Positions 28,455 through 37,828 of a stretch of 64,000 bases of DNA are shown here, piece by piece. The notes below the pieces were generated by a model. That model did no database searches. It was given only the letters and a program-made list of their open reading frames with translations, and was not told where the DNA came from. Position 1 is the stretch's first letter. Each line of letters starts with the position of its first letter. Where the stretch lies: assembly GCA_964637955.1 (NCBI GenBank), contig CAZWXQ010000001.1, forward strand, positions 223,447-287,446, given 5' to 3'. The DNA comes from an uncultured Gammaproteobacteria bacterium (GTDB lineage Bacteria; Patescibacteriota; Microgenomatia; Levybacterales; UBA12049). A program made the position numbers and the translations under genes.

Positions 28455-29363
28455 TTATAGTTCTGTTATTGTATATTTTTTAAGATAATAAACAGGGCGC
28501 CATAATTGTTTAGCTTTTTTAAGTCCTGGAATTCCTAAATCTTGTTCAAAGTTTATATATTCACATCCTAAATCTTTTAGATGCTTCGCAGTTAGATGAT
28601 TCAAGTAAGCATATATTCCTTCAAATGAAGAATCGCCTTTTTCAAAAGTAATTAGTGCATATTTTTCTTGAAGCGCATGATACGTAGAAAATCCAACTAA
28701 TTTATTATCCACATATACTCCAAATGAAAAAATATTTAGCACATTTGTTAGTTCAAAGAGTTTTTTAATTGCTGTAAGCTCAGTTATAGTTTCTTTTCTA
28801 TCTCGGCCCTTTTGTTCTTCCCAAACATAAAACAAATTTTCTATTTCTTTCTGCACATCTTCGTCATTGATATCTAATGTTTTGACATTATGATTTGGAT
28901 AAAGTCTGTTGAATCTATTGATTAGATTTCTTTTATCATAATATTTTTTTCCTTCTAAGCTTGCGATTTCGTCAACGGAAAGAATGTAATCAAAACTATT
29001 TGGATCATCCTGTACTAAAAACTGATTTTCCAAAAAGCCTTCTTTAGAAAAATTTACTTCAGGGACAAGAAACAACTTATTGCCTAATCCTTCATCTTTG
29101 CTTTTTTTGATTAGTGTGCTAACTGTATTTATTAAGTTATTACACCCAAGAAAAGAATAAAATAAATTACCCGTTAAGAAATCTTGAATTTTTATTACCA
29201 GATTGTCATTTAATATTGAAATTGAATTTAATTTTTTTTCATCATAGGTCCATAAACTTACAAATTCAAAATCATTAAAAGGAGGGAATTTATTGTTTAA
29301 AATTTCTATATCATGAAAATCGCTTAATTCTATTTTTTTGGAATCAGGAAATAATGGCAACAT
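28455..29363 (-). CDS. DUF2156 (phosphatidylglycerol lysyltransferase C-terminal-like, GNAT-fold) protein
   Basis: 302 aa. Pattern ...DYILSVDEIASLEGKKYYDKRNLINRF......ENLFYVWEEQK resembles stand-alone LPG-synthase-C domains. Confidence 0.5.
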   Translation of the reverse strand: MLPLFPDSKKIELSDFHDIEILNNKFPPFNDFEFVSLWTYDEKKLNSISILNDNLVIKIQDFLTGNLFYSFLGCNNLINTVSTLIKKSKDEGLGNKLFLVPEVNFSKEGFLENQFLVQDDPNSFDYILSVDEIASLEGKKYYDKRNLINRFNRLYPNHNVKTLDINDEDVQKEIENLFYVWEEQKGRDRKETITELTAIKKLFELTNVLNIFSFGVYVDNKLVGFSTYHALQEKYALITFEKGDSSFEGIYAYLNHLTAKHLKDLGCEYINFEQDLGIPGLKKAKQLWRPVYYLKKYTITEL

Positions 29364-29417
29364 TTCGTAATTCTATTATACTTGACTTTATTTTAAAAGT
29401 AAGTATAAGCTAAATGT

Positions 29418-30236
29418 ATGATGGAAACTATAAAAAGAGATTTTGCTACTATAGTCGCTATCATCTTCTTTTCTTTATATACTCTTTGGTTTATTTTTTT
29501 CCATTTACCGGGAATAAATCCAGGCTCACAGTTCGATTGGTTTACAGTAAGTTATGGATTGATCGCAGTTTGGGGTGCAATTTGGGGAATCATTATAGCT
29601 AGGAAATGGGGAGGGTTTAAAAGCGTTATAGGTAAATCATTGATTTTCTTTTCACTTGGCCTTGCTCTTCAAGAGGTTGGTCAAATCGGCTATACCTACT
29701 ATATTTATTTTTTACACGTAGAAGTTCCTTATCCATCATGGGGTGATATTGCTTTTTATGGAAGTATACCATGTTATATTTTTGCTGTAATATACTTAGC
29801 TAAAGCCGCTGGAATTCGGATATCGCTTAAGTCTTTTAGAAATAAGATATCAGCAATTATTATACCTACGTTAATATTAATTGGTTCATATCTAATATTT
29901 TTACAGGGATATGAATTTGATTGGTCACAACCACTAACAGTTATTATAGATTTTGGAGCACCATTATTACAGGCAGTATATATCTCCCTTGCACTTTTAA
30001 CTTATATCCTCACAAGAGGCATGCTTGGTGGTGTTATGAGACCAAAAGTTTTATTTATATTAGTTGCGCTCCTTGCGCAATATATTGCTGATTGGACATT
30101 TCTTTATCAAGCAAGTCGTGGGACATGGTCAGTTAGTGGAATAAATGATTATATGTTTTTTGTTTCATATTTTCTAATGACGATAGCGTTACTTCAATTT
30201 GGATCAATATATAATAAGTTAAAAGTTAAGAGTTAA
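29418..30236 (+). CDS. polytopic membrane protein (7-8 TM) immediately upstream of a soluble histidine kinase
   Basis: Hydrophobic helices throughout. TTGACT-N16-TATAAG lies 8 nt before the ATG. Confidence 0.45.
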   Translation: MMETIKRDFATIVAIIFFSLYTLWFIFFHLPGINPGSQFDWFTVSYGLIAVWGAIWGIIIARKWGGFKSVIGKSLIFFSLGLALQEVGQIGYTYYIYFLHVEVPYPSWGDIAFYGSIPCYIFAVIYLAKAAGIRISLKSFRNKISAIIIPTLILIGSYLIFLQGYEFDWSQPLTVIIDFGAPLLQAVYISLALLTYILTRGMLGGVMRPKVLFILVALLAQYIADWTFLYQASRGTWSVSGINDYMFFVSYFLMTIALLQFGSIYNKLKVKS

Positions 30237-30238
30237 AC

Positions 30239-30517
30239 ATGGACATTTACGCCCAAATGGCCACAAAAATAATTAAAGAGCAGGAGTCTATAATAGGCCC
30301 GATTGCACTTGAACAAGCGAAAAAAGTGAACGGGTTAAATGTAGATTGGCAAAAAAAAGAAGTAATAATTGCTGGTGATGAATCGGCAATCCTAGAAAAG
30401 CTTGTAGAGCAGTATCAGCATTTATTTGGTCAAACTTCAGTCGAAGTTTGTCGTGACGCTATAAAAGGAATAAGAGCGGATGTCCCTCCAGAGAAGATGC
30501 CTCCTTTACTGAAATAA
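30239..30517 (+). CDS. small hypothetical protein
   Basis: 92 aa, packed tightly between the membrane protein and the kinase. Confidence 0.35.
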   Translation: MDIYAQMATKIIKEQESIIGPIALEQAKKVNGLNVDWQKKEVIIAGDESAILEKLVEQYQHLFGQTSVEVCRDAIKGIRADVPPEKMPPLLK

Positions 30518-30541
30518 GCCCAAAGTCTATAATTATTTACA

Positions 30542-32110
30542 ATGCCCGATTCACCAATACCTTCTGGCGGTTTAAATAGTCAGCTTATTTCATCTACAGC
30601 AGCTCCTGCTGATGATATGACGCATATAACCCAGGAAATGTATAAGAAAAACTCTGAGTTAAACGATAGAAATAAAACCCTAGCCCTACTTAGAAAAATA
30701 GATGAAATTGTTTTAAGTGAAGTAACTGACCCTAAGCATATTTCACAAAATGTATCTAATTTGCTTGTCGAGGAAGAATTTAGATTAATTGCTGTTCTAG
30801 TAAGACATGATTCACTTCTTTCTCCACTCGCGATTGCTACTTCTGAGAAAAATGCAGTCATAAATAGATATGGACCTGATAGATTTCTTGAATCTTCGAT
30901 TTCGTTTCTAGATAAAACAAATATATTAATCAAATCCGTTGATGAAAAAAAGAAAATTGTTTTAGATAGTTTTGTCGGAGTTTTGGGTAAAAGTTTTTCG
31001 CCTGAAGAGGAATCCGGAATCCAAAAGGAGACTGGAGTTAAATCAGTTCTTTTGTACCCTGTGATTGTAAGAAATGAGCCAATTGGACTTCTTATTATTG
31101 GAATTTCTGAAGCAGAGGTAGAGCTCTCGGCATATAAAAGAGATTTGATTGATCGTTTAGCTGGGGTAACTGGAATTGCTCTCGATAATGCACTTCTTTA
31201 TCAGTCCATTCAGGAGGCAAATGTAAGACTTGAGCAGCTGGATAAACTTAAAGATGAGTTCGTATCTTTGGCTTCTCATGAGCTTCGTACTCCTATGACT
31301 GTTATAAAAAGTTATATCTGGATGTTTTTACACAAAAAAGGAGATTCTTTGGAGCCTAAAGAAAGAGAATATTTGGAAAGAGCATATTCCTCAACGGAAA
31401 GACTGATAAAACTTGTTAATGACATGCTTAATGTTTCACGCATTGAATCTGGAAGACTAAAGCTTGAGATGAAAGATCTGGACATAGTAAAACTTGTGAC
31501 AACTATCGTTGAGGAATTGGTCCCAAGAGCTCAAGAATTAGGCTTAAAATTAACGCTAACTAAGCCAACGACCGGCGTAAAAACTTTAAATGGTGACACA
31601 GATAGAATCGAACAAATTCTTATTAATTTTATTGGTAACTCTTTGAAGTTTACTCCTCCTGGAGGCTCGATATTAGTTAAATTAGAAGCTCGGGAATCAG
31701 ATGTCTTGATTAGCATTTCAGATACTGGTCGAGGAATAAAGAAGGAAGATTTGCATAAATTATTCCAGAAATTTGGAATGATAAGTAGCGCTTATCTTCA
31801 AAAGAACATTAATCAAGGTTCAGGTTTGGGCTTGTATCTATCTAAATCTCTTATTGAATTACATGGAGGTCGGGTAAAAGTGGAATCGGCTGGAGAAAAT
31901 AAAGGATCCACGTTTAGTTTCACTATTCCATATAATGAAAATAAACCTCATCAGGAAGCTGATGTATTGCCAGCAGTATCGGGTGCTACTAATGTAGTGG
32001 CCACAGGAGCTGTTGGAGCAATAGAAGCGACTGGAGCCCCTAAAGGAGCTGCGCTTGCAGGGGTTGTTGGTACGACTACTGTGGAATCTTCTTCAGTCGG
32101 AGTTAGATAG
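30542..32110 (+). CDS. cytoplasmic GAF-domain sensor histidine kinase
   Basis: No TM helix. H-box LASHELRTPMTV, N/G1/G2 boxes (ISDTGRGI, GSGLGLYLS). Ala/Gly/Thr/Val-rich 50-aa C-terminal tail. Confidence 0.85.
   Translation: MPDSPIPSGGLNSQLISSTAAPADDMTHITQEMYKKNSELNDRNKTLALLRKIDEIVLSEVTDPKHISQNVSNLLVEEEFRLIAVLVRHDSLLSPLAIATSEKNAVINRYGPDRFLESSISFLDKTNILIKSVDEKKKIVLDSFVGVLGKSFSPEEESGIQKETGVKSVLLYPVIVRNEPIGLLIIGISEAEVELSAYKRDLIDRLAGVTGIALDNALLYQSIQEANVRLEQLDKLKDEFVSLASHELRTPMTVIKSYIWMFLHKKGDSLEPKEREYLERAYSSTERLIKLVNDMLNVSRIESGRLKLEMKDLDIVKLVTTIVEELVPRAQELGLKLTLTKPTTGVKTLNGDTDRIEQILINFIGNSLKFTPPGGSILVKLEARESDVLISISDTGRGIKKEDLHKLFQKFGMISSAYLQKNINQGSGLGLYLSKSLIELHGGRVKVESAGENKGSTFSFTIPYNENKPHQEADVLPAVSGATNVVATGAVGAIEATGAPKGAALAGVVGTTTVESSSVGVR
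31951..32110. other. 160-bp convergent antisense overlap of histidine-kinase and response-regulator coding tails
   Basis: The same GC-rich, GCN/ACN/GTN-codon DNA is open in both orientations and encodes Ala/Gly/Thr/Val/Pro-rich tails on both proteins. Confidence 0.6.
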
Positions 32111-32469
32111 GTTTTGAGTTCGTTTACCAAGCTCCCCGGAGTTATTTGACTTTTAATAAAATATCCGTCACCCAGCTGAAGCGCTTCTTTAATTTCTTCA
32201 TCTTTATCTAGATTTGTTAAGAAAACAATTTTTTTATTTGGTTTTAATGAATTTTCGGTTTTAATTTTTCGCATAATCTCGAGGCCATTCATTTTAGGTA
32301 AGATTATGTCTAGAATTATTAGGTCATAGCCACCATGCTTAACTTTATTATATCCTTCTTCACCATCAGCAGCTGTATCTACGCTATATCCTTGTTCAAT
32401 TAGAATTTCTTGATAGAGTTCTCTTAGATATTGTTCATCCTCAACTAAGAGTATCAGCGTCTGATTCAT
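31951..32469 (-). CDS. receiver-only (CheY-like) response regulator with a low-complexity C-terminal tail
   Basis: REC domain (LLVEDEQ...DLIILDIILPKMNG...KIVFLT...K). The tail is encoded antisense to the kinase tail. Confidence 0.8.
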   Translation of the reverse strand: MNQTLILLVEDEQYLRELYQEILIEQGYSVDTAADGEEGYNKVKHGGYDLIILDIILPKMNGLEIMRKIKTENSLKPNKKIVFLTNLDKDEEIKEALQLGDGYFIKSQITPGSLVNELKTYLTPTEEDSTVVVPTTPASAAPLGAPVASIAPTAPVATTLVAPDTAGNTSAS

Positions 32470-32559
32470 AAATTTATCGTAACATGATTAATATTCAAAT
32501 TCAATGAAACTTAAAATAATCATTGACAACACAGCCTAATTATTATTCACTTAATATAT

Positions 32560-33174
32560 ATGTCAAAAAAGCTGTCCAAAAGCGGAAAAAAAGCAAATAA
32601 AAATTTAATTAGCATTGTTTCTCCGCGTATTTTATTTCTTTCAGTTTTTACAGTTATTATTTTTGTAGTAGGATTTTATTTTTTAGAAGGGAAAACAAAC
32701 CAGGATGTTAAGGGAGATTCAGATTCAACAATCTCTACTGTAGATCAAACTTTAGAAGAAGATAATGGGAAGTTTGTGATTAGTATTAATACTTTTAATG
32801 ATAATGATAAGAACGGAAAATGGAATAAGAAAAGCTATGGAACTAAAGGAGAAGAACAATGTCTTACCGGAAGTTTTGTTGTTTCAGCGGATAACGTTGA
32901 GTATACAGCAGTAACAAGTAGGCCAAAAAACAATAAATGGTGCAATCCTGGCATTATTAAGATTGATTTAGGTAAAGGAAGAGATCCTTTTAAATGTGTT
33001 GATTTGGTATTTAAAGGAAAAAAGGATGGATCCTGGGTAGCAACTGGTATAACTTATTTTGATGGAGAAAAATTAATAATTAAAAAAGGAAAAGCTAAAG
33101 CAAAAATCTGCCCGATGGGAATTTTGGAAAGTTCTGTATATGCAGCAGCTGATTTCGGACTTCACAAAAAATAA
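32560..33174 (+). CDS. membrane-anchored secreted protein, paralogue A
   Basis: 204 aa. Basic N-terminus (MSKKLSKSGKKANK) plus a TM helix. The C-terminus ...AADFGLHKK parallels that of the next gene. Confidence 0.45.
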   Translation: MSKKLSKSGKKANKNLISIVSPRILFLSVFTVIIFVVGFYFLEGKTNQDVKGDSDSTISTVDQTLEEDNGKFVISINTFNDNDKNGKWNKKSYGTKGEEQCLTGSFVVSADNVEYTAVTSRPKNNKWCNPGIIKIDLGKGRDPFKCVDLVFKGKKDGSWVATGITYFDGEKLIIKKGKAKAKICPMGILESSVYAAADFGLHKK

Positions 33175-33177
33175 TTT

Positions 33178-33789
33178 ATGCCACAAAAACTTTCTAAAAG
33201 CAGAAAAAAAGCTGTTAAATCAACAAAAACTAAAAAACAAAAATCTTTTTTAAATAGATTTTTCACATTTCCTGTAATTGCAATTATAGCTTTCGCTGCT
33301 CTTTCGACATTTACACTTTATAAAGTTACAGAGCCATCGAAAAATGTCCTAGGGGTATCAACAAGCGATTATATGCTTGTTAATCAAACTGAAAAAGCCA
33401 ATATTATAAAGTCGGCAAAGACTTCAGGAGAGACTCCTCCAACTTTCCATTACATACATGTATTTAAGGATGCAAATAATAATGGCAAAAGAGGAACAGT
33501 TGAAGATTGTCTTGATAAAACAGTTACACTTGTTGTAAACAATAAGGAAAGAACAGCATGGGCTTGCAATGATATAACAATTTACACCAAAAACAGATAT
33601 GCGACTATAACCTTAAAGGCAGTTTCAGGCTATAAATTTATTGGGTTAACTTATAAAGATAGTACGACTGGATCAGGCTCAGTGACTAAGTTAAATGGAG
33701 CTAATTCCATATATGTAAAAGGAATTCCAACCGGCTATCCTCAGGCATATTACTATACAGCTATTGATTTTGGTGTTCATAAGAAATAA
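33178..33789 (+). CDS. membrane-anchored secreted protein, paralogue B
   Basis: 203 aa. N-terminus MPQKLSKSRKKAVK plus a TM helix. C-terminus ...AIDFGVHKK. Conserved Cys positions. Confidence 0.45.
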   Translation: MPQKLSKSRKKAVKSTKTKKQKSFLNRFFTFPVIAIIAFAALSTFTLYKVTEPSKNVLGVSTSDYMLVNQTEKANIIKSAKTSGETPPTFHYIHVFKDANNNGKRGTVEDCLDKTVTLVVNNKERTAWACNDITIYTKNRYATITLKAVSGYKFIGLTYKDSTTGSGSVTKLNGANSIYVKGIPTGYPQAYYYTAIDFGVHKK

Positions 33790-33809
33790 GCCTCTGGTAT
33801 AATAGCCAC

Positions 33810-34139
33810 ATGGCAAAAAAGAAACCATCTCCGTTTGGATACTATTTCAAATATCTTGATGAGATCGATAAAGGTAAAAAAGATTCAAAAGAATTCGGTT
33901 CAATACTGATTCTTAGTCTCGTGGAAGAGATTGGAGAGATGAGCCGAGCATATTTGGCAAAACACGGCAGGAAAGGGAGTAATATCGCAGCGCAGGAAGA
34001 TGAAACCTATAGACAAGAACTCGGAGATATTTTGGTCGGAATTCTAAGACTTGCCCGCGTTAAGCATATAAATCTTCACGAAGCCATGATGTATTCGCTA
34101 AAAAAGATAGAGAAAAGAAAAAAAGAACCGAAAAGATAA
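33810..34139 (+). CDS. MazG-like nucleotide pyrophosphohydrolase
   Basis: EEIGEMSRAYL...ELGDILVGILRLA metal-binding helices. TATAAT lies 6 nt before the ATG. Confidence 0.7.
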   Translation: MAKKKPSPFGYYFKYLDEIDKGKKDSKEFGSILILSLVEEIGEMSRAYLAKHGRKGSNIAAQEDETYRQELGDILVGILRLARVKHINLHEAMMYSLKKIEKRKKEPKR

Positions 34140-34140
34140 A

Positions 34141-34169
34141 TTGATAATTTAAGGCTTATAGCGTATAAT
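34141..34169 (+). promoter_or_regulatory. consensus promoter TTGATA-N17-TATAAT, 8 nt before the ATG of ORF 34178
   Basis: Perfect -10 box and a near-consensus -35. Implies a leaderless transcript. Confidence 0.5.
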
Positions 34170-34177
34170 CCTGCAAC

Positions 34178-34675
34178 ATGGCTTTTAAAGGAGAATTACA
34201 AACAATAATACCTGGAGTTACTTGGAGGAGGGAAACTAAGCTTGAGGTAGAAGGTCGCGTAAGTGTTGCAGAATCCAGGCTTGAGACAGCGACTCATGCG
34301 CATATTTCCTCAATGGAAAGATTTACACAAGCTAGTTCGCAAGAAGCTTTAAGCGCTCTGCTTATTCAAAGGCACACTTTTGCTAATCGTGCAAATGCTG
34401 CGTCTTCTAGAGACCTAGATTCCAGGAGGAGGTTGCAATTACACTTAGGTTCTCATCGCATCCCTTTTATTCCTGATTTAAGAGGAATTTTAAAAAGAGA
34501 TAGGAGAATCGAGAATTCACCTTTGAAAACACAGGATGAGGGAATTGATTTTGCAGAATTTGTTCTCGGTGAGGCCGATGAATTTAGTGAAGCTTTGGCT
34601 TTAGGTGGCGATGAAGGATTGAAAGATTTAGTAGTTCAGGATCATGAAATTGCAATAGAGCTTAGATCTGAATAG
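34178..34675 (+). CDS. acidic orphan ORF
   Basis: 165 aa with no minus-strand alternative. GC-richer than the core genes. Coding status unproven. Confidence 0.3.
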   Translation: MAFKGELQTIIPGVTWRRETKLEVEGRVSVAESRLETATHAHISSMERFTQASSQEALSALLIQRHTFANRANAASSRDLDSRRRLQLHLGSHRIPFIPDLRGILKRDRRIENSPLKTQDEGIDFAEFVLGEADEFSEALALGGDEGLKDLVVQDHEIAIELRSE

Positions 34676-34687
34676 TTAAAATATCTC

Positions 34688-34716
34688 TTGACGATGTTTA
34701 AGTATAAAACTATAAT
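34688..34716 (+). promoter_or_regulatory. promoter TTGACG-N17-TATAAT, 6 nt before the ATG of ORF 34723
   Basis: Shares the AAAATAYCTCTTGACGA upstream element with the tuf promoter at 35106. Confidence 0.5.
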
Positions 34717-34722
34717 CCGCTC

Positions 34723-35097
34723 ATGAACCCACATTTAGAAAGATTAGCATCACTTAGTCCTATTAAGTTAAGGCAAGAAAGTCTTTCTTCTGTAACACAT
34801 CGAACATCTACTCAGCTTATGCGATCTGAAGAACTGGATCATGAATTGCAACAGATTTCTTATGTCTCATCTTTTGATCTAGATCCTGAGTTAGAAGAGG
34901 ATGCGCAAGATTTAAGAATTGAAGCAATTGCCTTGGATGAAGCGCTTAGTAAAGGTCCAATAAGGCGGATTGATCTTGTTGTATTTGGACGAAGAGTTAG
35001 GACTGTTCATGAAATTCCTTTATCTGAATCTCGAGACAGAGAGGGAGAGCCGCTTCCTCCTACGCAAGTTTTTCCAGAGCAAGGTCTTAGATATTAA
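34723..35097 (+). CDS. acidic orphan ORF
   Basis: 124 aa. Composition similar to 34178-34675. Confidence 0.3.
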   Translation: MNPHLERLASLSPIKLRQESLSSVTHRTSTQLMRSEELDHELQQISYVSSFDLDPELEEDAQDLRIEAIALDEALSKGPIRRIDLVVFGRRVRTVHEIPLSESRDREGEPLPPTQVFPEQGLRY

Positions 35098-35105
35098 AAT
35101 ACCTC

Positions 35106-35134
35106 TTGACGACTTTTTAGAAATATTGTATTAT
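35106..35134 (+). promoter_or_regulatory. tuf promoter TTGACG-N17-TATTAT
   Basis: Preceded by the AAAATACCTCTTGACGA element repeated from 34678. A 5'UTR of about 35 nt leads to tuf. Confidence 0.5.
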
Positions 35135-35175
35135 GCTTTTACCATCAAAAATAACTGGTGGTATTTTTTTGAATT

Positions 35176-36357
35176 ATGGCAGATACATACCAAAGAACAA
35201 AACCACACGTCAACATCGGAACAATCGGTCACGTTGACCACGGAAAGACTACAACTACAGCAGCTATTGCTACCGTGCTTTCAAAAGCAGGTGGAGCAAA
35301 AGCTATGAAGTATGAAGATATTGATAATGCTCCAGAAGAAAAAGCTCGTGGAGTCACAATTAATATTACCCACGTAGAATACGAAACAGAAAACAGACAT
35401 TATGCTCACATTGATGCTCCAGGACATGCAGATTACATAAAGAACATGATTACAGGAGCAGCACAAATGGACGGAGCTATCTTAGTTGTTTCAGCTCCAG
35501 ACGGACCTATGCCTCAGACCAGAGAACATATCCTTCTTGCAAAGCAAGTTGGAGTTCCAGCAATTGTAGTTTGGCTTAACAAAGTAGATATGGTTCAAGA
35601 TGCAGAACTTCTTGATCTCGTTGAAATGGAAGTAAGAGAGCTCTTAACTAAATATGAATATCCTGGAGATAGCGTAACTATCGTAAGAGGATCAGCTCTT
35701 AAAGCGCTCGAGGGAGATGCAGAAGCAGAAAAGCAAATCCTAGAGCTCATGGCAGCTGTTGATAAAGATATCCCTACTCCAGTTAGAGACACAGCAAAGC
35801 CATTCTTAATGCCTGTTGAAGACGTTTTCTCTATCAAAGGAAGAGGAACAGTTGTAACAGGAAGAATTGAAAGAGGAATGGTTAAGATCAACGAAGCTGT
35901 AGAAATCGTTGGAATTAATCCAACACAAAATACAGTTGTAACTGGAGTAGAAATGTTCCATAAGATGCTTGATGAAGGTCAAGCTGGAGATAATGTAGGA
36001 GTTCTAATTAGAGGAATTGAAAAAGATCAAGTTGAAAGAGGACAGGTTCTTGCTAAGCCAGGATCTATTACTCCTCACACAGAATTTGAAGCAGAAATTT
36101 ACATTCTCACAAAAGAAGAAGGCGGACGTCACACTCCTTTCTTCACAGGATATAGACCACAATTTTATGTAAGAACGACAGATGTAACTGGAGAAGCAAC
36201 ACTTCCAAGTGGAGTAGAAATGGTTATGCCTGGAGATAGTACAAAAATGACAGTAAAACTTATTGCTCCAATCGCTCTCGAAGAGGGAGTAAGATTCGCT
36301 GTTCGTGAAGGTGGAAAGACTGTTGGAGCAGGAGTTGTAACAAAAGTTATCAAATAA
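35176..36357 (+). CDS. tuf: elongation factor Tu
   Basis: [14 protein letters not shown] (as DAPGHADY), NKVD motifs; 393 aa. Confidence 0.97.
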   Translation: MADTYQRTKPHVNIGTIGHVDHGKTTTTAAIATVLSKAGGAKAMKYEDIDNAPEEKARGVTINITHVEYETENRHYAHIDAPGHADYIKNMITGAAQMDGAILVVSAPDGPMPQTREHILLAKQVGVPAIVVWLNKVDMVQDAELLDLVEMEVRELLTKYEYPGDSVTIVRGSALKALEGDAEAEKQILELMAAVDKDIPTPVRDTAKPFLMPVEDVFSIKGRGTVVTGRIERGMVKINEAVEIVGINPTQNTVVTGVEMFHKMLDEGQAGDNVGVLIRGIEKDQVERGQVLAKPGSITPHTEFEAEIYILTKEEGGRHTPFFTGYRPQFYVRTTDVTGEATLPSGVEMVMPGDSTKMTVKLIAPIALEEGVRFAVREGGKTVGAGVVTKVIK

Positions 36358-36406
36358 GTACGCCCAGCAAGCTCAATATGAGCTTTGCACTTTGATTTTT
36401 TAGTAT

Positions 36407-36715
36407 ATGCCAAAAGGAAGAATTCGTGTTCGCTTAAAGAGCTACGACGCTAGAGTCATCGACGCTAGTTGTCAGCAAATATTAGATACGGCCATCAGGA
36501 CCGGAGCTAAGGTAGTGGGCCCAATTCCTTTACCTACTAAAAGATCAGTCTACGCAGTAAATAAATCCCCTTTCATCGATAAAGATGCTAGAGACCATTT
36601 CCAAATTAAAGTTCATAAAAGACTTATCGATATAGTTTCTCCTACAGAGAAGACTATGGATAGTCTTGGTCACCTCGAACTCCCAGCAGGAGTAAATATC
36701 GAAATTAGAATGTAG
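36407..36715 (+). CDS. rpsJ: 30S ribosomal protein S10
   Basis: IRVRLKSYDARVID...GPIPLPT...DKDARDHFQIKVHKRLIDIV.PTEKT aligns well to bacterial S10. Confidence 0.95.
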   Translation: MPKGRIRVRLKSYDARVIDASCQQILDTAIRTGAKVVGPIPLPTKRSVYAVNKSPFIDKDARDHFQIKVHKRLIDIVSPTEKTMDSLGHLELPAGVNIEIRM

Positions 36716-36719
36716 TTTT

Positions 36720-37055
36720 TCAGAAGGACTCTGGTCTGGAGGGTCGGTGTTGTTCTTGATAACGATCATAAGTTTCTTTTCTCCAAACTTCTAATTCTTG
36801 TCCATCACTCATTGGAGCACCAGCCAAATATCTAAATCTATCTACAGTCATAGCGCTTTCGGGATCATAGCTAACCCCATCAGCCACTGCATTCAAAATT
36901 GGATCTATTAAGCCTACTTTGCCTCCGGAAAGTCGCATGAACTCAGTCATAAGCTCAGGAAGGATTGTTATTTGTAAATCAACTACTTCTCTCGCTTCAA
37001 CTAGTGTCCAAACTCTTTCATTTGGCGTTAGATCATCAGTCATATTTTCAGGCAT
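36720..37055 (-). CDS. hypothetical protein
   Basis: 111 aa. Minus-strand TTGACT-N17-TACAAT lies 2 nt before the ATG. Confidence 0.35.
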   Translation of the reverse strand: MPENMTDDLTPNERVWTLVEAREVVDLQITILPELMTEFMRLSGGKVGLIDPILNAVADGVSYDPESAMTVDRFRYLAGAPMSDGQELEVWRKETYDRYQEQHRPSRPESF

Positions 37056-37176
37056 TTATTGTACTACTTATAAACATTGAAGTCAACCTATAGTGTATTT
37101 TTGGAATAAACATTGGAATAAACATGCAACTATTCAATAGTTTGACTTTATTATTTGAATACTTTATAGTCCCCAC

Positions 37177-37746
37177 ATGAATATTGTTGAGATAGGTCCG
37201 GGACTTTTACCTATTCACGAGCGTTCCGATGTGGTTAGGGATGCTGTGCGAGCTGGAACGTATACTGCAGTAGAGATATCTAAAGACAAAACGCATCCAT
37301 CAGTATGGGAAATGGTTAATGGGAGATTTATTGAAGCAGATATAAATAGAAGTCTTCCTTTAAAGCGAGAATCCATAGATCAAATATGGTTAATGAATGT
37401 ATTCGGGGGTTTTACTTTTGTGCCAAGAGTTAGCAGAAACGGAAGAACAACGACTTGGAGTTTAGGTTATGATGGGGTATTTCGTAAACTAGCTAGAGCT
37501 GTAAGGCCGGGTGGTCAGATAATTATAGGAGAGACATATACTCCTACTCCGATTGGTAATTTAGATTTTTCAGAATTCGGATTGGAAACAGAATTATTTA
37601 TCGACGAAAGATTTCATGAATTTAAAGAAAGATATGGTTTTCATTCACATGAACATAAATATGAGAGCAAAAGAGAAAAACCTTATTTTCTTGTATTAAC
37701 AAAACCAGATGCACCCACACCTCTTTCCGAAGCGCCCGCATTATAA
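37177..37746 (+). CDS. probable class I SAM-dependent methyltransferase
   Basis: Motif I VEIGPG, acidic end of beta2 (AVEIS), motif II EADI, and VRPGGQIII. TTGACT-N17-TATAGT lies 6 nt before the ATG. Confidence 0.5.
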   Translation: MNIVEIGPGLLPIHERSDVVRDAVRAGTYTAVEISKDKTHPSVWEMVNGRFIEADINRSLPLKRESIDQIWLMNVFGGFTFVPRVSRNGRTTTWSLGYDGVFRKLARAVRPGGQIIIGETYTPTPIGNLDFSEFGLETELFIDERFHEFKERYGFHSHEHKYESKREKPYFLVLTKPDAPTPLSEAPAL

Positions 37747-37828
37747 TACTTCTGAAATAACTGGTCCCAAAAAATATATTCAGTGATTTCTGATTGACAC
37801 TTAGGATAGCCTTGATATAATTGCATTC

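Noticed and set aside
36369-36400. Strong terminator between tuf and rpsJ
   Set aside because: AAGCTCA-ata-TGAGCTT is followed by an interrupted T-run (TGCACTTTGATTTTTT). It is plausible but weak, and tuf-rpsJ co-transcription cannot be excluded.
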